Of a stretch of 64,000 nt of DNA, positions 10,267-20,024 are shown in pieces. The DNA comes from an uncultured archaeon (lineage in GTDB: Archaea; Thermoproteota; Bathyarchaeia; 40CM-2-53-6; CALIRQ01). Every line of letters starts with the position of its first letter. Within the stretch, counting starts at the first letter, position 1. Position numbers and translations under genes: made by a program. The stretch spans positions 72,262-136,261 of the forward strand of contig CALIRQ010000009.1 of assembly GCA_938042195.1 (NCBI GenBank). Direction: 5' to 3'. The notes beneath the pieces were generated by a model. The model ran no database searches and was not told the origin of the DNA. It worked only from the letters and a program-made list of their open reading frames with translations.

Positions 10267-11052
10267 ATGTCCAAGGTCATATCCTTGGCCACATATGGCC
10301 TGAGGTCGAGGGGTCAAAGGATAGCCGAATTTCTGAGGGCCTTTTGGGAGGGCCCGATACTATTCGACCTGGCGGAGGATTTCGAAGGATTCCTTAGGGA
10401 TTACATAAGGGGGGAGATCTCGGAGGCGGAGCTTTGGGACGGCTACAGGATGTTAACTGGCGCCCAAGAGGCCTTCGTGAGAGCCTCGACGATGGCGGTG
10501 GAGCCAATAATAAGGGCGCTTAGGGGCATCAGGGAGCGAGCCGCGCAGGTCCATTGCTACCAGAGCCTCAGCTCCGTCGTCGAATCATATAAGATCGCCG
10601 AGAAGATAGTCCTCCTCCAGTTCAGGTCCAAGGTCCGAGGCAAGGTTGATGTGGGGGAATGGAGGAGGGTCCTATTGGCTGAGGCGAAGTGCGCCGAGAG
10701 GTTTTGGAGCGAGACCCTCGACGCCATCGTGGAGAAGATCAAGGGATATCGCTTGGGCGCCGTGCTGTACGATGGCGACCTTGGGGAGCTGAAGCGCGGG
10801 CTTGAGGGGAAGGGGATACCCTTAGAGGTCCTCCCGTTAGGAAGGTATTGGAGGACCCCCTTGGATGTCCTCAGGGCCATGATGAGGAGGAGGGAGGTCG
10901 GTGATGAAGAGATCGAGCTGTGCGTTAGGAGGCAGATGGATTATTTGAACTTAGTCATCAGATCGGAGGACTTGGATGAGGCCCATGAGAGATGGACCGA
11001 AGAGATGGAGGCTTCCGGATCCGCTCGGTCGGGGGCTCGGGTTGATCGATAG
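10267..11052 (+). CDS. Hypothetical protein
   Basis: 261 aa ORF with coding-like composition and no recognisable motif. Confidence 0.4.
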   Translation: MSKVISLATYGLRSRGQRIAEFLRAFWEGPILFDLAEDFEGFLRDYIRGEISEAELWDGYRMLTGAQEAFVRASTMAVEPIIRALRGIRERAAQVHCYQSLSSVVESYKIAEKIVLLQFRSKVRGKVDVGEWRRVLLAEAKCAERFWSETLDAIVEKIKGYRLGAVLYDGDLGELKRGLEGKGIPLEVLPLGRYWRTPLDVLRAMMRRREVGDEEIELCVRRQMDYLNLVIRSEDLDEAHERWTEEMEASGSARSGARVDR

Positions 11053-11818
11053 CCCATTCGGCCGCATCCTTCCCTGGAAGAAGGTAAGGGATTGGTTCTG
11101 CTCAGCTTGCGGGGAATGCTGTAAGCACTTCGAGGTTCAGCTGAGCCCCTACCAGCTAGCCAAGATCGCCCCATTTGGCGCGGCATCAAGGATCCGATTC
11201 GAACATGGGAAGGTTTACCTCAGCAAGCGCCGAGATGGGAGATGCGCCTTTCAAGAGGAAGTGATGGGCCTATGGATCTGCTCGTTGGGCGATCGGAAGC
11301 CGACCGTATGCAAGCTCTGGCCCTTCCACGTATTCAATCGTCCGAACTATGGGAGGGGCGAGCAGGCAGAGTATGAATATGATGGAAGGAAGTTCTACAT
11401 ATACGTTAATTCCTATTGTCCAAATATAACGCTGGGCCGTCCAACTGAAAGGCTAACCACGCTGGTCTTACCTGAGGTCTTGGACATAGCCCTCGGGAGG
11501 TTGGGCTCGCAGAGGTATTCGACGAGCAGGATCCTCGACCACGCAATATCCCCGAGAGATCTTTGGGGCGCGCGGCATGCGCAGCCAGAAGCTCCTGCGA
11601 TCCCCGTTCGCCTTGGGCAATGCGTCGCACTGGGAGATTTGGCTAATGCGAGCTTCTACCAGAAGCGCTTCTTTAGCGCCTCCCTCTCGGCTTCCATTAT
11701 CAATTTGAAGAGCCTATCCGAAATCCTCCCTTCCTTCTTCAATATCCTCTCGGCGTCCCCCGGATCGAGCCCCTTCCCCGATAGGGCCAAGAATGCAACT
11801 TTCCCGTATTTCTCATAG
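11042..11818 (+). CDS. YkgJ/UPF0153-family putative Fe-S or zinc-binding protein (CxxCxxCC motif)
   Basis: CSACGECCKHFE plus additional conserved Cys (CAFQ, CKLWPF). A TTG at 11042 is proposed as the start, which overlaps the upstream gene by 11 nt. The C-terminal 160 nt overlap the convergent helicase and look low-complexity, so the 3' end is uncertain. Confidence 0.5.
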   Translation: MIDSPFGRILPWKKVRDWFCSACGECCKHFEVQLSPYQLAKIAPFGAASRIRFEHGKVYLSKRRDGRCAFQEEVMGLWICSLGDRKPTVCKLWPFHVFNRPNYGRGEQAEYEYDGRKFYIYVNSYCPNITLGRPTERLTTLVLPEVLDIALGRLGSQRYSTSRILDHAISPRDLWGARHAQPEAPAIPVRLGQCVALGDLANASFYQKRFFSASLSASIINLKSLSEILPSFFNILSASPGSSPFPDRAKNATFPYFS

Positions 11819-14520
11819 AGCTTCGCCGATCCCTCGGCGAACTTGCGAAGCCTCGATTCCCTGATGGTTGGATTGCCCCTCTTCTTCAAAACCCTTTTGA
11901 CGATGTCCTCCGACTCCTCGAACATCCCAATCCTTTTGGATCCGCATAGTGGGCAGGCGATCTCATCCGGCAGGTCCTCGATCCTGAAGATCTCGATGTA
12001 ATCACCGCACGAAAGGCAGGCGAACGTCCTCGATTCGCTTAATATGCGGCCCTTGGTCGACTCTACCAAGACCTTCGTGAGCTTTTCTGGGGGTATCAAA
12101 TCCACCTTCCTGCTCATCCTCTCCAATCCTAGCCTTGAGAGCGGGCTGAGCTCGCCATCGGTCCTCAACTCGATGACTTTGATCTCCCCATCCCTCATCC
12201 GCCTCAGGACCTCCATCGCGCCCCCTACATCGAGGTCCTTCTCCAATGTTTCTTTAAGCGCCTCCTCGAATATTGCCGTCCCCTCCAGACCCCTCGTCAG
12301 CTTCTCCAGCCTGACGCTCGTAAAGTCCGCCCATTTGGATATTGCGCCGAACCTCCTCGCCACGTGGATCAGCCTCCTCTTGAAGAGCCCGGTCCTGGTG
12401 ATGACCGCCCTCATTATGGCCGCGATGTCGAAGGAGACGAGTCGCTCGAGGCATTCGATTGCCTCCTTTGCCGAAGGGGAACTTGGGAATTGCACGACTA
12501 TCCTGTAGGGGTCCTGCTGCACCCCCACGGCTTCCCCAAGCCTATTCGATAGCTCGTGCCCCAACAGCCTCCCCAACGACCTGTTGACGAGGGATCCGAA
12601 GTGGCAGGTGATTACCACAAGCTCGCCGGCGCCCTCCACCGTAACCAGCCTATCGTGCGGTATCGGCAATCCCCTCCGAGCTTGCTCGAACGTTTCGGAG
12701 AGTGCCTTCCTCATAAATTCCACGGGAGCGCCGTACTTATCGGCCAGCTCCCTCAACAACTCCCCCTCACCCTTCCCAGCGGAGAGCCCCTCGCTGATGT
12801 GCCTCCTAATGGCCCCGACCTCCTGAGCCACCTCAAACGGGACGGGGATCTCCTCCCCAACCCAGCTCGGTATCGCCCCGCTCGGGTCCTTGACGGGCTT
12901 GACGTAGATCCTATCGCCGTGGATGCTCATCAGCTTCCAAGGGCTACCCCTGACTATGAACTTGGTTCCGGGGGCCCCATATTCGGCCACGAAGGCCTCG
13001 TCCAATATACCAATCGGCGAGTCGTCATCCTCGTTGATGACGAGGTATTGCTTCTCATCCGGTATCATGGAGAGCCTATCGAAATAGTACTCGTATACCT
13101 CCTTGATCCTCCTCGGCCTCATCACGACCTGATCCTCCGGGGAGTACCAAGCCATCCTCGGGTATCTGGAATGCATGTAATTGATCACCGAGACGAGCTC
13201 CTCCTCGCTCAGATCCCTGTATGGATAGGCCTTCCTGAAGAGCTCCAATATCTCCCGCACGTACCACTTCCCCTTGTTGATCAGGAGTCCGGCGATCTGA
13301 TGCGCCAAAGCATCCAACGGCTTCCTCGGGATCGAGGCTCGCTCTAGCTCCCCCTCGTAGGCCCTTCGAACGATCGCCAGCGACTCCAACGCGTCGTCGG
13401 AATCCATCGCGATTATGACACCCTCCGCCACCTTGGAGATCCGGTGCCCGCTCCTGCCCACCCTTTGGACGAGCCTCGTCACCTGCCTCGGGCTCATGTA
13501 TTGGATCACGAAATCTATCCGGCCGACGTCTATCCCGAGCTCAAGGGAGCTCGTGCAAACGATGCCCTTCAGCTCCCCTTCCTTGAGCCCCCTCTCGGCC
13601 GAGATCCTGGATGGCTTCGCTAAGGAGCCGTGGTGTATGGATATTGGGAGCCCGCCATCCCAAATCCTGAACCTGCTGGCTAGGACTTCCGCTATCGACC
13701 TAGTGTTGGTGAAGAGCAATGTGGACTCATGGGCGTTTATAAGCTTGCGCATAACCCTCAGCCTCGCCGCGACCTCCGGCCTAGTATAGAGCCTCAACGC
13801 GAGCTCCTCGTCCGAGGCGGTCGGGGTCGGATATAGGACCCTCAGCTTGACTTTCCTCTCAAACGGGACCTTGAGGACCCTCACCGGCCTATCCACGCCC
13901 ACCAAGAACTTCCCAACGATGTCCGGCGATCCTATCGTGGCCGAGAGGCCTATCAGTTGGAAATCCCTCCCCACGAGCCATCTGATCCTCTCCAAGGCCA
14001 AGGAGAGCTGGCTGCCGCGCTTATCCTCGGCGAGCTCGTGGAGCTCATCCACTATGACGCATCTCAGGGCCCTCAGGTTCCTCTTCATGAGCCTGCCGGT
14101 CAACAGGGCTTGGAGCGTCTCCGGAGTGGTTATCAGGAGGTCCGGCGGGTTTCGGGCTTGGGAGCTCCTCTCCCTGACCTCGGTATCGCCGTGCCTAACG
14201 CCGACCCTGAGCCCGAGGCGGTTGCACCACCATTCGAGCCTATCGAGCAAATCCCTATTGAGGGCCCTCAGGGGGGTTATGTAGAGGACCTTGATCCCGG
14301 GGCCAGGCCGATCGTTTATGAGGCCATTCAGCACCGGGAGTATCGATGCCTCCGTCTTCCCCGAGGCGGTCGGGGAGATCAATAGCACGTTCTCGCCCCT
14401 CATTATGAGAGGTATCGCCTCCTCCTGCGCCCTCGTGGGCGAGGAGAAGCCGAAGTCCCTCACGGCCTCTCGAAGGGGCTCGGAGAGCAACGAGAACGCG
14501 CCGAAATCGCTTGCTTCCAT
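11656..14520 (-). CDS. lhr: Lhr-like large ATP-dependent helicase (DEAD/DEAH box, Lhr-core) with C-terminal Zn-ribbon
   Basis: Walker A (SPTASGKTEA), Walker B (VIVDELHEL), SAT motif (LSATIG), helicase C (QRVGRSGH) and a C-terminal CxxC..CxxC. The start is placed at the internal MEASDFGAFSLL, because the upstream 87 codons look non-coding. Confidence 0.85.
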   Translation of the reverse strand: MEASDFGAFSLLSEPLREAVRDFGFSSPTRAQEEAIPLIMRGENVLLISPTASGKTEASILPVLNGLINDRPGPGIKVLYITPLRALNRDLLDRLEWWCNRLGLRVGVRHGDTEVRERSSQARNPPDLLITTPETLQALLTGRLMKRNLRALRCVIVDELHELAEDKRGSQLSLALERIRWLVGRDFQLIGLSATIGSPDIVGKFLVGVDRPVRVLKVPFERKVKLRVLYPTPTASDEELALRLYTRPEVAARLRVMRKLINAHESTLLFTNTRSIAEVLASRFRIWDGGLPISIHHGSLAKPSRISAERGLKEGELKGIVCTSSLELGIDVGRIDFVIQYMSPRQVTRLVQRVGRSGHRISKVAEGVIIAMDSDDALESLAIVRRAYEGELERASIPRKPLDALAHQIAGLLINKGKWYVREILELFRKAYPYRDLSEEELVSVINYMHSRYPRMAWYSPEDQVVMRPRRIKEVYEYYFDRLSMIPDEKQYLVINEDDDSPIGILDEAFVAEYGAPGTKFIVRGSPWKLMSIHGDRIYVKPVKDPSGAIPSWVGEEIPVPFEVAQEVGAIRRHISEGLSAGKGEGELLRELADKYGAPVEFMRKALSETFEQARRGLPIPHDRLVTVEGAGELVVITCHFGSLVNRSLGRLLGHELSNRLGEAVGVQQDPYRIVVQFPSSPSAKEAIECLERLVSFDIAAIMRAVITRTGLFKRRLIHVARRFGAISKWADFTSVRLEKLTRGLEGTAIFEEALKETLEKDLDVGGAMEVLRRMRDGEIKVIELRTDGELSPLSRLGLERMSRKVDLIPPEKLTKVLVESTKGRILSESRTFACLSCGDYIEIFRIEDLPDEIACPLCGSKRIGMFEESEDIVKRVLKKRGNPTIRESRLRKFAEGSAKLYEKYGKVAFLALSGKGLDPGDAERILKKEGRISDRLFKLIMEAEREALKKRFW

Positions 14521-14799
14521 CCTTATATTGCGCCTATCCCCTATCCCTATTCCCCCCCATGGCCCTCCCAAGGCTGGATCGGATAGGGATATCTTGCGGA
14601 TCAGCTTTTCGGTTGGGAAGGATACCGAAATAATAAATATTCCCGAAGCCAAATCGCCATCGAATGGCCCACGCGGATAGCATGGGCTAACCCGTTCACG
14701 GCGCTCCCGTAAGGGCCGCCGGCGCATTGGGGAACGGGCCGATGGCCCGAGCGAGGCCCCAGATGGGGCCAATAGGTTCAATCGAGCCGGTGATGGACA

Positions 14800-15132
14800 T
14801 TGGAGAGGGTTTCCGAAAAAGCGTTGAGGGAGAGGATTGTGAAAAGCATGCTAGACCTAATAGTCCTGAGGCTCTTAAAGAATAAGCCCCGTTGGGGCTA
14901 TGAGATAAATTTGGCCATACGGGAGGAGTACAAGGTTTACCTCAGCGCTGGGACGCTCTATCCACTCCTCCACTCCTTGGAGAGCGATGGATACATCGAG
15001 GGCTCTTGGGAATCCGAGGGCGGGAGGGATAGGAGGATATATAGGATAACGCCAAAGGGAGAGGAATTTCTCGCGGCTGGTGAGAGGGCCTCGGATGACA
15101 TAAACAGGAGGCTCCAATCGAAGGGGCCGTGA
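14800..15132 (+). CDS. PadR-family transcriptional regulator
   Basis: 110 aa with LIVLRLLKNKPRWGYEI...GTLYPLLHSLESDGYIE...RRIYRITPKGEE, the PadR wHTH signature. Confidence 0.8.
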   Translation: MERVSEKALRERIVKSMLDLIVLRLLKNKPRWGYEINLAIREEYKVYLSAGTLYPLLHSLESDGYIEGSWESEGGRDRRIYRITPKGEEFLAAGERASDDINRRLQSKGP

Positions 15133-15216
15133 GGACCGAAGGGATGGTATCGGAGCCGCGGGCCGCCTAAAGCTGGCCCCGATCCGGCTTATCCGATGCC
15201 CAACGATTGCACTCCA

Positions 15217-15777
15217 TCAAGGCTCGGCCTGGGGCCATGCCCTGCAGGAGCGCAAAGCCGCCATAAGATCCGAAAGCGCGTTCCGTATATCGGGTTCGCT
15301 CCTCCCGCCGGCGCATACGATATTGCCATTCTGGAAGAGCAGGAGAGAGATCCCGGAGGCCTTCACCCTATACTTCAGCCCCGGGAATTGCTCCGGATCA
15401 TATATGGCCCCGTCCAAGAAGCGGGCCGCCCTCTCCAGATCGAGGCGCGCCCCAAGCCTGCAGGAAGCCACAACGTTCCGTATGATCGCCTTGGGCCTCC
15501 CGAGGATCACTATGCCGCTCCTCCTGAGCTCCTCCACTATGGCATCTATGGCCGACTTGGCCTGCCTCTCGGATTTGGCGCCCGTGCATACTACCTTCCC
15601 CGAGCTGAATATGAGGGCGGTGGCCCTAGGGCGCTTCAAATGGAATATCAGGCCCGGGAATATCGCTGGCCTATACTCCGCGCTGGGGAGGGCCTTGGCT
15701 ATCGAGTCCAGATCGATCCCCTGGCCCAGCTCCGCGGAGGCGACGACGTTCTCGATGCTTATCTTGATCCCTTCCAA
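15217..15777 (-). CDS. tbp: TATA-box binding protein
   Basis: 186 aa with two direct TBP repeats (IENVVAS..., IRNVVAS...; KVVCTGAKS / NIVCAGGRS). Confidence 0.95.
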   Translation of the reverse strand: MEGIKISIENVVASAELGQGIDLDSIAKALPSAEYRPAIFPGLIFHLKRPRATALIFSSGKVVCTGAKSERQAKSAIDAIVEELRRSGIVILGRPKAIIRNVVASCRLGARLDLERAARFLDGAIYDPEQFPGLKYRVKASGISLLLFQNGNIVCAGGRSEPDIRNALSDLMAALRSCRAWPQAEP

Positions 15778-15820
15778 ACCCCCTCCCCTCGGACGGGCTC
15801 GAATGAGGCGTTCGGGCCAT

Positions 15821-16342
15821 TCATTTGGATCTCTTGGACCGGAGGTCGAAGGCCAAGGCCAATATGACGAATAGTAGCATCATGGCAATTCCGATCGGCC
15901 TCTTGAGCCAGAGGGCGAGGAGGCCGATTCGGGGGGCCTGCGCCACAACCCTCCCGATAACGTAATCCTCCGGGATGCCGGGCAGAGGGTCGAACCTATC
16001 CGGCGCTGGGTTGTTATCGCCCTTCGTGAGGAAGTAGATCCTCCCTCCCCTTTCGACGATCCCAATGACCCTATGGATGATGGCGCCATTTGCCAAATGC
16101 GGCGGGCTCTTGAAGACTATTATGTCCCCTACGGCTATTTCCCTTGGGCTCGCCCCTTTCACGACCACGAGATCCCCCTCTTGATAGGTTGGGAGCATGC
16201 TTCCCCCAACAACGACCATGAGGGGATACTCGCTCCCGAGAGCGAACCCGAGGGCGACCCAGCCGGAGTAGGAGATGAGGAGGACGGCGGCCATCAGCAA
16301 TAGGGATCTAAGAATCCCCTTGGGAGCCCTTGATGGAGCCAA
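15821..16342 (-). CDS. Signal peptidase I (archaeal Sec11/S26B type)
   Basis: 173 aa with an N-terminal TM helix, catalytic Ser box GGSMLPTY, His box AIIHRV and a GDNN motif. Confidence 0.85.
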   Translation of the reverse strand: MAPSRAPKGILRSLLLMAAVLLISYSGWVALGFALGSEYPLMVVVGGSMLPTYQEGDLVVVKGASPREIAVGDIIVFKSPPHLANGAIIHRVIGIVERGGRIYFLTKGDNNPAPDRFDPLPGIPEDYVIGRVVAQAPRIGLLALWLKRPIGIAMMLLFVILALAFDLRSKRSK

Positions 16343-16426
16343 GCCTCATCCGCGCCCCCATTCGGGGTTCCCCAATGCCCCCTATTTTAATTTACCCGAT
16401 GCGAGCATTTCCCTCCGCGGAGGTGT

Positions 16427-16678
16427 TTGGGGCTGGATGTGATCGATATATACCTATTGAACTTGGCCCTCACGATGGCCATGTTCTTGGTGCTCATATT
16501 CAGGGCTTGGATAGAGCTCAAGAACTATCAGATCATGTGGAGGGAGATAGGCTTCAGGAAGACGATGGAGCTTATAAGGAAGGTCCTGAGGGCCGAGAGG
16601 GATTCGTTCCTTGGGGTTGAGGGGGGACGGGAGCTCTACGAGTTGCTCTGCAAGGTCTTCGAGGTGGAGGCGGAATAG
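16427..16678 (+). CDS. Small hypothetical membrane protein
   Basis: 83 aa, TTG start, one predicted TM helix. It is weakly supported. Confidence 0.3.
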   Translation: MGLDVIDIYLLNLALTMAMFLVLIFRAWIELKNYQIMWREIGFRKTMELIRKVLRAERDSFLGVEGGRELYELLCKVFEVEAE

Positions 16679-16800
16679 GCGGCCGGCGGGCGGGGCAAAG
16701 CATAAAAATCGGGCCGGGAAGGGGTTTGGAGACGACTATGATGTCTCAAAGTTACGGTGAGCGGTGATCGAAAGGCATTTTTCTGAGTCGTCGCAAGCCC

Positions 16801-17343
16801 CTATCCCTTCTCCTTAACGATCCTGTAGAAATGGACGTCGAGAAGGGTCCTTATGGCCTCGAGCCTCATGCCGAAGATTTGCTGCAACATGGCCTTCGTC
16901 ATCTCCGAGGGCAGGATTGGATGAGCGACTTGGATCTTCTCCCCTGATATCTCGAATACCCCCAGCCCGAATTTGTTGAGCACTTCGAATGCCTCCCTCA
17001 TCTTGGCCGGGTCCTTGCCATCTATCCCCCTAATCATCATGAGGGATCCGAGGACGTCCCCAAGCTCCCTCCCTATGATCTCATAATCCTCTTCCCGCAA
17101 TTTCTGGATCATCACGTCGAGCATCCTCTTGGCGAGGATCACCACTCTAACGGGCCCGAAGTAGAAGAGGCCCCCGTTCCATCGATCAATCGTATACTCC
17201 TTCCCGAATTTGACGCATTTCTCGACGAATTCCTTCAGGGATCGTATCCTCCCCTCCTTCAACAAGCCCATTATGTACTCGAAATCCTCGGGATCGAACT
17301 CCACCGAGGTGATGTGCGACCTCTTCTTATCCTGCCTCTCCAT
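16801..17343 (-). CDS. Hypothetical protein, possibly V4R-related, divergent partner of the next gene
   Basis: 180 aa soluble protein with a similar size and charge pattern to COG1719 V4R proteins. It has no Cys motif, so the assignment is weak. Confidence 0.35.
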   Translation of the reverse strand: MERQDKKRSHITSVEFDPEDFEYIMGLLKEGRIRSLKEFVEKCVKFGKEYTIDRWNGGLFYFGPVRVVILAKRMLDVMIQKLREEDYEIIGRELGDVLGSLMMIRGIDGKDPAKMREAFEVLNKFGLGVFEISGEKIQVAHPILPSEMTKAMLQQIFGMRLEAIRTLLDVHFYRIVKEKG

Positions 17344-17479
17344 ACCCTCCGCCGCGCGCCCCTCTTGGAGGATTAGGAGCCCAGCGTCCTAGGCATCGCC
17401 GCCCTAAATGGCCCCACCCCGCCTTTTTTAACCTACTATACTGGAAAATTTAAAATATTAGTATGTCCAACAAAAATAA
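17344..17479. promoter_or_regulatory. AT-rich divergent promoter region
   Basis: Low-GC segment (ttttttaacctactatactggaaaatttaaaatattagtatg) between two divergently oriented genes. It contains TATA-like tracts. Confidence 0.4.
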
Positions 17480-18322
17480 ATGGATCCATATATGCAATTG
17501 GAAGCCGCATATCCAAGGGGGGTCAGGGTTCTTTACCCCCGGGAGCTCGAGACGCTCATATTCCCCAAAGAGGATGGGCGGATAGTGGAGGCCCTGCTCG
17601 TCCTCAAGGATAGGTCGGATTGCCTGAGCAAGGTATTCGGGTTCCTCCACGGGATCGGGGCCGAAGTGGAGCATATGGAGATGTATAGGTCCGAATGGGA
17701 TGCGGGGAAGAAGATCCTCACCATGTTTCTGTCCTTCCCCAAGGACACCTTCAAAGTCGATTCGCTAAGGGAGGGGCTTTTGGGGCTGGATGTAGCTGAA
17801 GAATTGGAAATAGTTGAGCCGCAGCCCCTTCCCTATGAAACCATGCTATTCCCGATCAGGAATCTTCATAATAGGGTCCTGCTTTTCAGGGCGGAGCATG
17901 TCCATTTCGTAATGGATAGAATGGAGAAGATACTCACGCCGGCAGGGGCCGCCGTCCTATTCTTCAATATGGGGCTGGAGAACGGGAGGGCTTTGAGGAG
18001 ATTCATGGATACGATGGCGTGGAGTAGGGATCTGAGCTTCGAGGAGAAGCTCTGGGTATTGAAACATCACCTCAAATCCGTCGGGATGGGCGTGGTGGAG
18101 TTCTTGAACATCGACCTCGAGGCGGGGTATGCCTCCGTGAGGGTTTACGGTTCATTCGAGGCCGATGGTCGGAAGAAGGGCAGGCCGATATGCCATGTGA
18201 CCCGCGGCCTCTTCGTTGGATTCTTCGAGGAGGTGCTCGGGAAGAAGGCGAAGGCAACCGAATCGAAATGCGCGGCCATGGGGAACGATTTTTGTGAATT
18301 TGAGATCCGCTTTAGGCCCTAG
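17480..18322 (+). CDS. V4R (4-vinyl reductase) domain protein with N-terminal ACT-like region
   Basis: 280 aa with the C-terminal CHVTRGLFVGFFEEVLGKKAKATESKCAAMGNDFCEFEI, which matches the V4R C...G...C...G..C.F pattern. Confidence 0.55.
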   Translation: MDPYMQLEAAYPRGVRVLYPRELETLIFPKEDGRIVEALLVLKDRSDCLSKVFGFLHGIGAEVEHMEMYRSEWDAGKKILTMFLSFPKDTFKVDSLREGLLGLDVAEELEIVEPQPLPYETMLFPIRNLHNRVLLFRAEHVHFVMDRMEKILTPAGAAVLFFNMGLENGRALRRFMDTMAWSRDLSFEEKLWVLKHHLKSVGMGVVEFLNIDLEAGYASVRVYGSFEADGRKKGRPICHVTRGLFVGFFEEVLGKKAKATESKCAAMGNDFCEFEIRFRP

Positions 18323-18326
18323 AAGC

Positions 18327-19892
18327 CTAGAAGAGGCCTTGGGTCTTGAAGTAATTCTGATCTATCACCAGCTTCGGGATCTTCAGCCGACCCAGGGGTA
18401 TGTCGCCAGCACGGAAGGCCTTGATCTTCTGATTCCTAACCACCTCCATCGTATTCCTCTGCAAATGCTCTATCTTGAACTCCGCCATGCCCATATCCGT
18501 GACTATGAAGAAGGGCTCGAGCTCGATGCTCTCCCTCATGACCTTCAGGATCTCGGCCTCGAGGGCCTCCTTGCCCCTAAGGTATTCGGCCTCAACATAT
18601 AGGACGACCTCGGGCTTTCCTCCCTTGTACCGGAGTGTCATGAACCAATCCCTTATTCTTCCGCTCTCCCTTACCCTCGAAAGGGCCCCGAAGACATATT
18701 TCACGCAGAAGGGGGCCGCCGCCACCTTGACTAGAGTCGCCTCATATCCATCCAAACCGAGCTCCGGCTCATCGACCTTCCTGAGGGCCCTGCCCAGCAT
18801 CTCGAAGGCTGGCAATCCCTTCGGGCAATCCGGGGGGTCCTGGACCTTCTTTATGATGTCGCCCGTCCTATAGTTTATCCTGACGAAGCAATCGGAATTG
18901 ACCGTGAAAACCGCCTCGCCTATCGTTCCATCCGGCACATTCCATAGGAGGCGCTTCTCGGGCTCATGATCCGGATCCCTCCTCTCCCTTTCAATCTCCT
19001 CCAACGGTATGATTAGGGGCACATAGTTATCGAAGGCGGGATGCATCTTATCCTTATGGAATCTTTCCCCCTCCAAGAAGCATTCTCCACCTCCCCCAAC
19101 GACCTCGGTTGAAGCGTAGATCATGCAAGAGGGTTTGCCGAAGAACCCCGTGAAGAGCTCGTCTTGGAAATCGGTCCTAAAATCTCCGGACATATAGAGC
19201 TGGCAACCCCTGAATGCCCTCTCGATCTTCTTCTGTGCTATAAATAATAGGATCGTGGAAAGCAATGGGATTCTCCCGTACTTCTTCAGGAGCCTCCTCT
19301 TCTCATCCCTCAGGGCTAATAGGTGGGCCACGTATGGAAGCGTGAATAGTATATCGAATCTACCGTTATCGAAGACCTTATGCCTATTTTCGCCCAGTTC
19401 GGTGAAGGGCACCCCTACAGCCTCTCTTATCCAATTCAGTGCTAGCATTGGAACGGTCATCGAAACATAGCCCATGGGGGCCCCGAGGATGAGCGCCCTC
19501 GTCTCCGGGCCGAGCCCGAAGTTGTACATAACCCTCCCTATCATCCTTCTGAGCATATCCAAATCTTCCTCCGATGCCCATACGATCTTTTGCCTCCCAG
19601 ATGTGCCGGAGGACTTCCAAAAGGCCACTGGCTCAGCCGTTATGAGCTTCTCTAGCCCCCCAACCTCGTCGGCCTTCCTCTCGATATCCTTCCAATCTAT
19701 GGCGGGGTAATCCTCCAAGTCCTCTATATCCCGTATATTCTCGGCGTCCTCGTAGACCGGATTCTTCTTCGCGGCGGGTACGACGCGATAGGTAAGCCAA
19801 TCGTTCTCGAATTGTTGCCAAAACTCCAAGGGCCAATAGGCCGTCATCTCGATGTATCTACGTATTTCATCATAGGTTATCAAAGGAAACAC
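18327..19892 (-). CDS. GH3-family adenylate-forming acyl-acid amido synthetase homolog
   Basis: 521 aa with SSGTSGRQK (P-loop of the ANL/GH3 superfamily), IYASTEVVGGG (GH3 YASSE box) and NYRTGDI (GH3 YRxGD box). Confidence 0.7.
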   Translation of the reverse strand: MFPLITYDEIRRYIEMTAYWPLEFWQQFENDWLTYRVVPAAKKNPVYEDAENIRDIEDLEDYPAIDWKDIERKADEVGGLEKLITAEPVAFWKSSGTSGRQKIVWASEEDLDMLRRMIGRVMYNFGLGPETRALILGAPMGYVSMTVPMLALNWIREAVGVPFTELGENRHKVFDNGRFDILFTLPYVAHLLALRDEKRRLLKKYGRIPLLSTILLFIAQKKIERAFRGCQLYMSGDFRTDFQDELFTGFFGKPSCMIYASTEVVGGGGECFLEGERFHKDKMHPAFDNYVPLIIPLEEIERERRDPDHEPEKRLLWNVPDGTIGEAVFTVNSDCFVRINYRTGDIIKKVQDPPDCPKGLPAFEMLGRALRKVDEPELGLDGYEATLVKVAAAPFCVKYVFGALSRVRESGRIRDWFMTLRYKGGKPEVVLYVEAEYLRGKEALEAEILKVMRESIELEPFFIVTDMGMAEFKIEHLQRNTMEVVRNQKIKAFRAGDIPLGRLKIPKLVIDQNYFKTQGLF

Positions 19893-20024
19893 ACCACTCG
19901 ATTTTTTCGCATCAAAACCTTAAAAAATTTATTATTTTCAAAAAATAAGGCAGAATTAAATTGCTTTGCATTAAAAAAACGTAGCCGATCTGAATGGACT
20001 TAAATGAAAAATTTAGCCCGGATT
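19893..20024. promoter_or_regulatory. AT-rich convergent/terminator-promoter spacer
   Basis: About 25% GC stretch with T tracts (ttattattttcaaaaaataagg) between two minus-strand genes. Confidence 0.3.

Noticed and set aside
12556-13347. 263-aa plus-strand ORF inside the Lhr helicase gene
   Set aside because: It is antisense to a helicase with intact motifs, and its composition is Pro/Leu/Gly-rich and non-protein-like.
14521-14781. N-terminal 87 codons of the tracked helicase ORF
   Set aside because: They are Arg/Pro/Gly-rich with no helicase sequence. The conserved N-terminus begins at MEASDFGAF, so the start was moved to 14520.
15196-15874. 223-aa and 183-aa plus-strand ORFs overlapping tbp
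   Set aside because: They are antisense to TBP, which has unmistakable tandem repeats.
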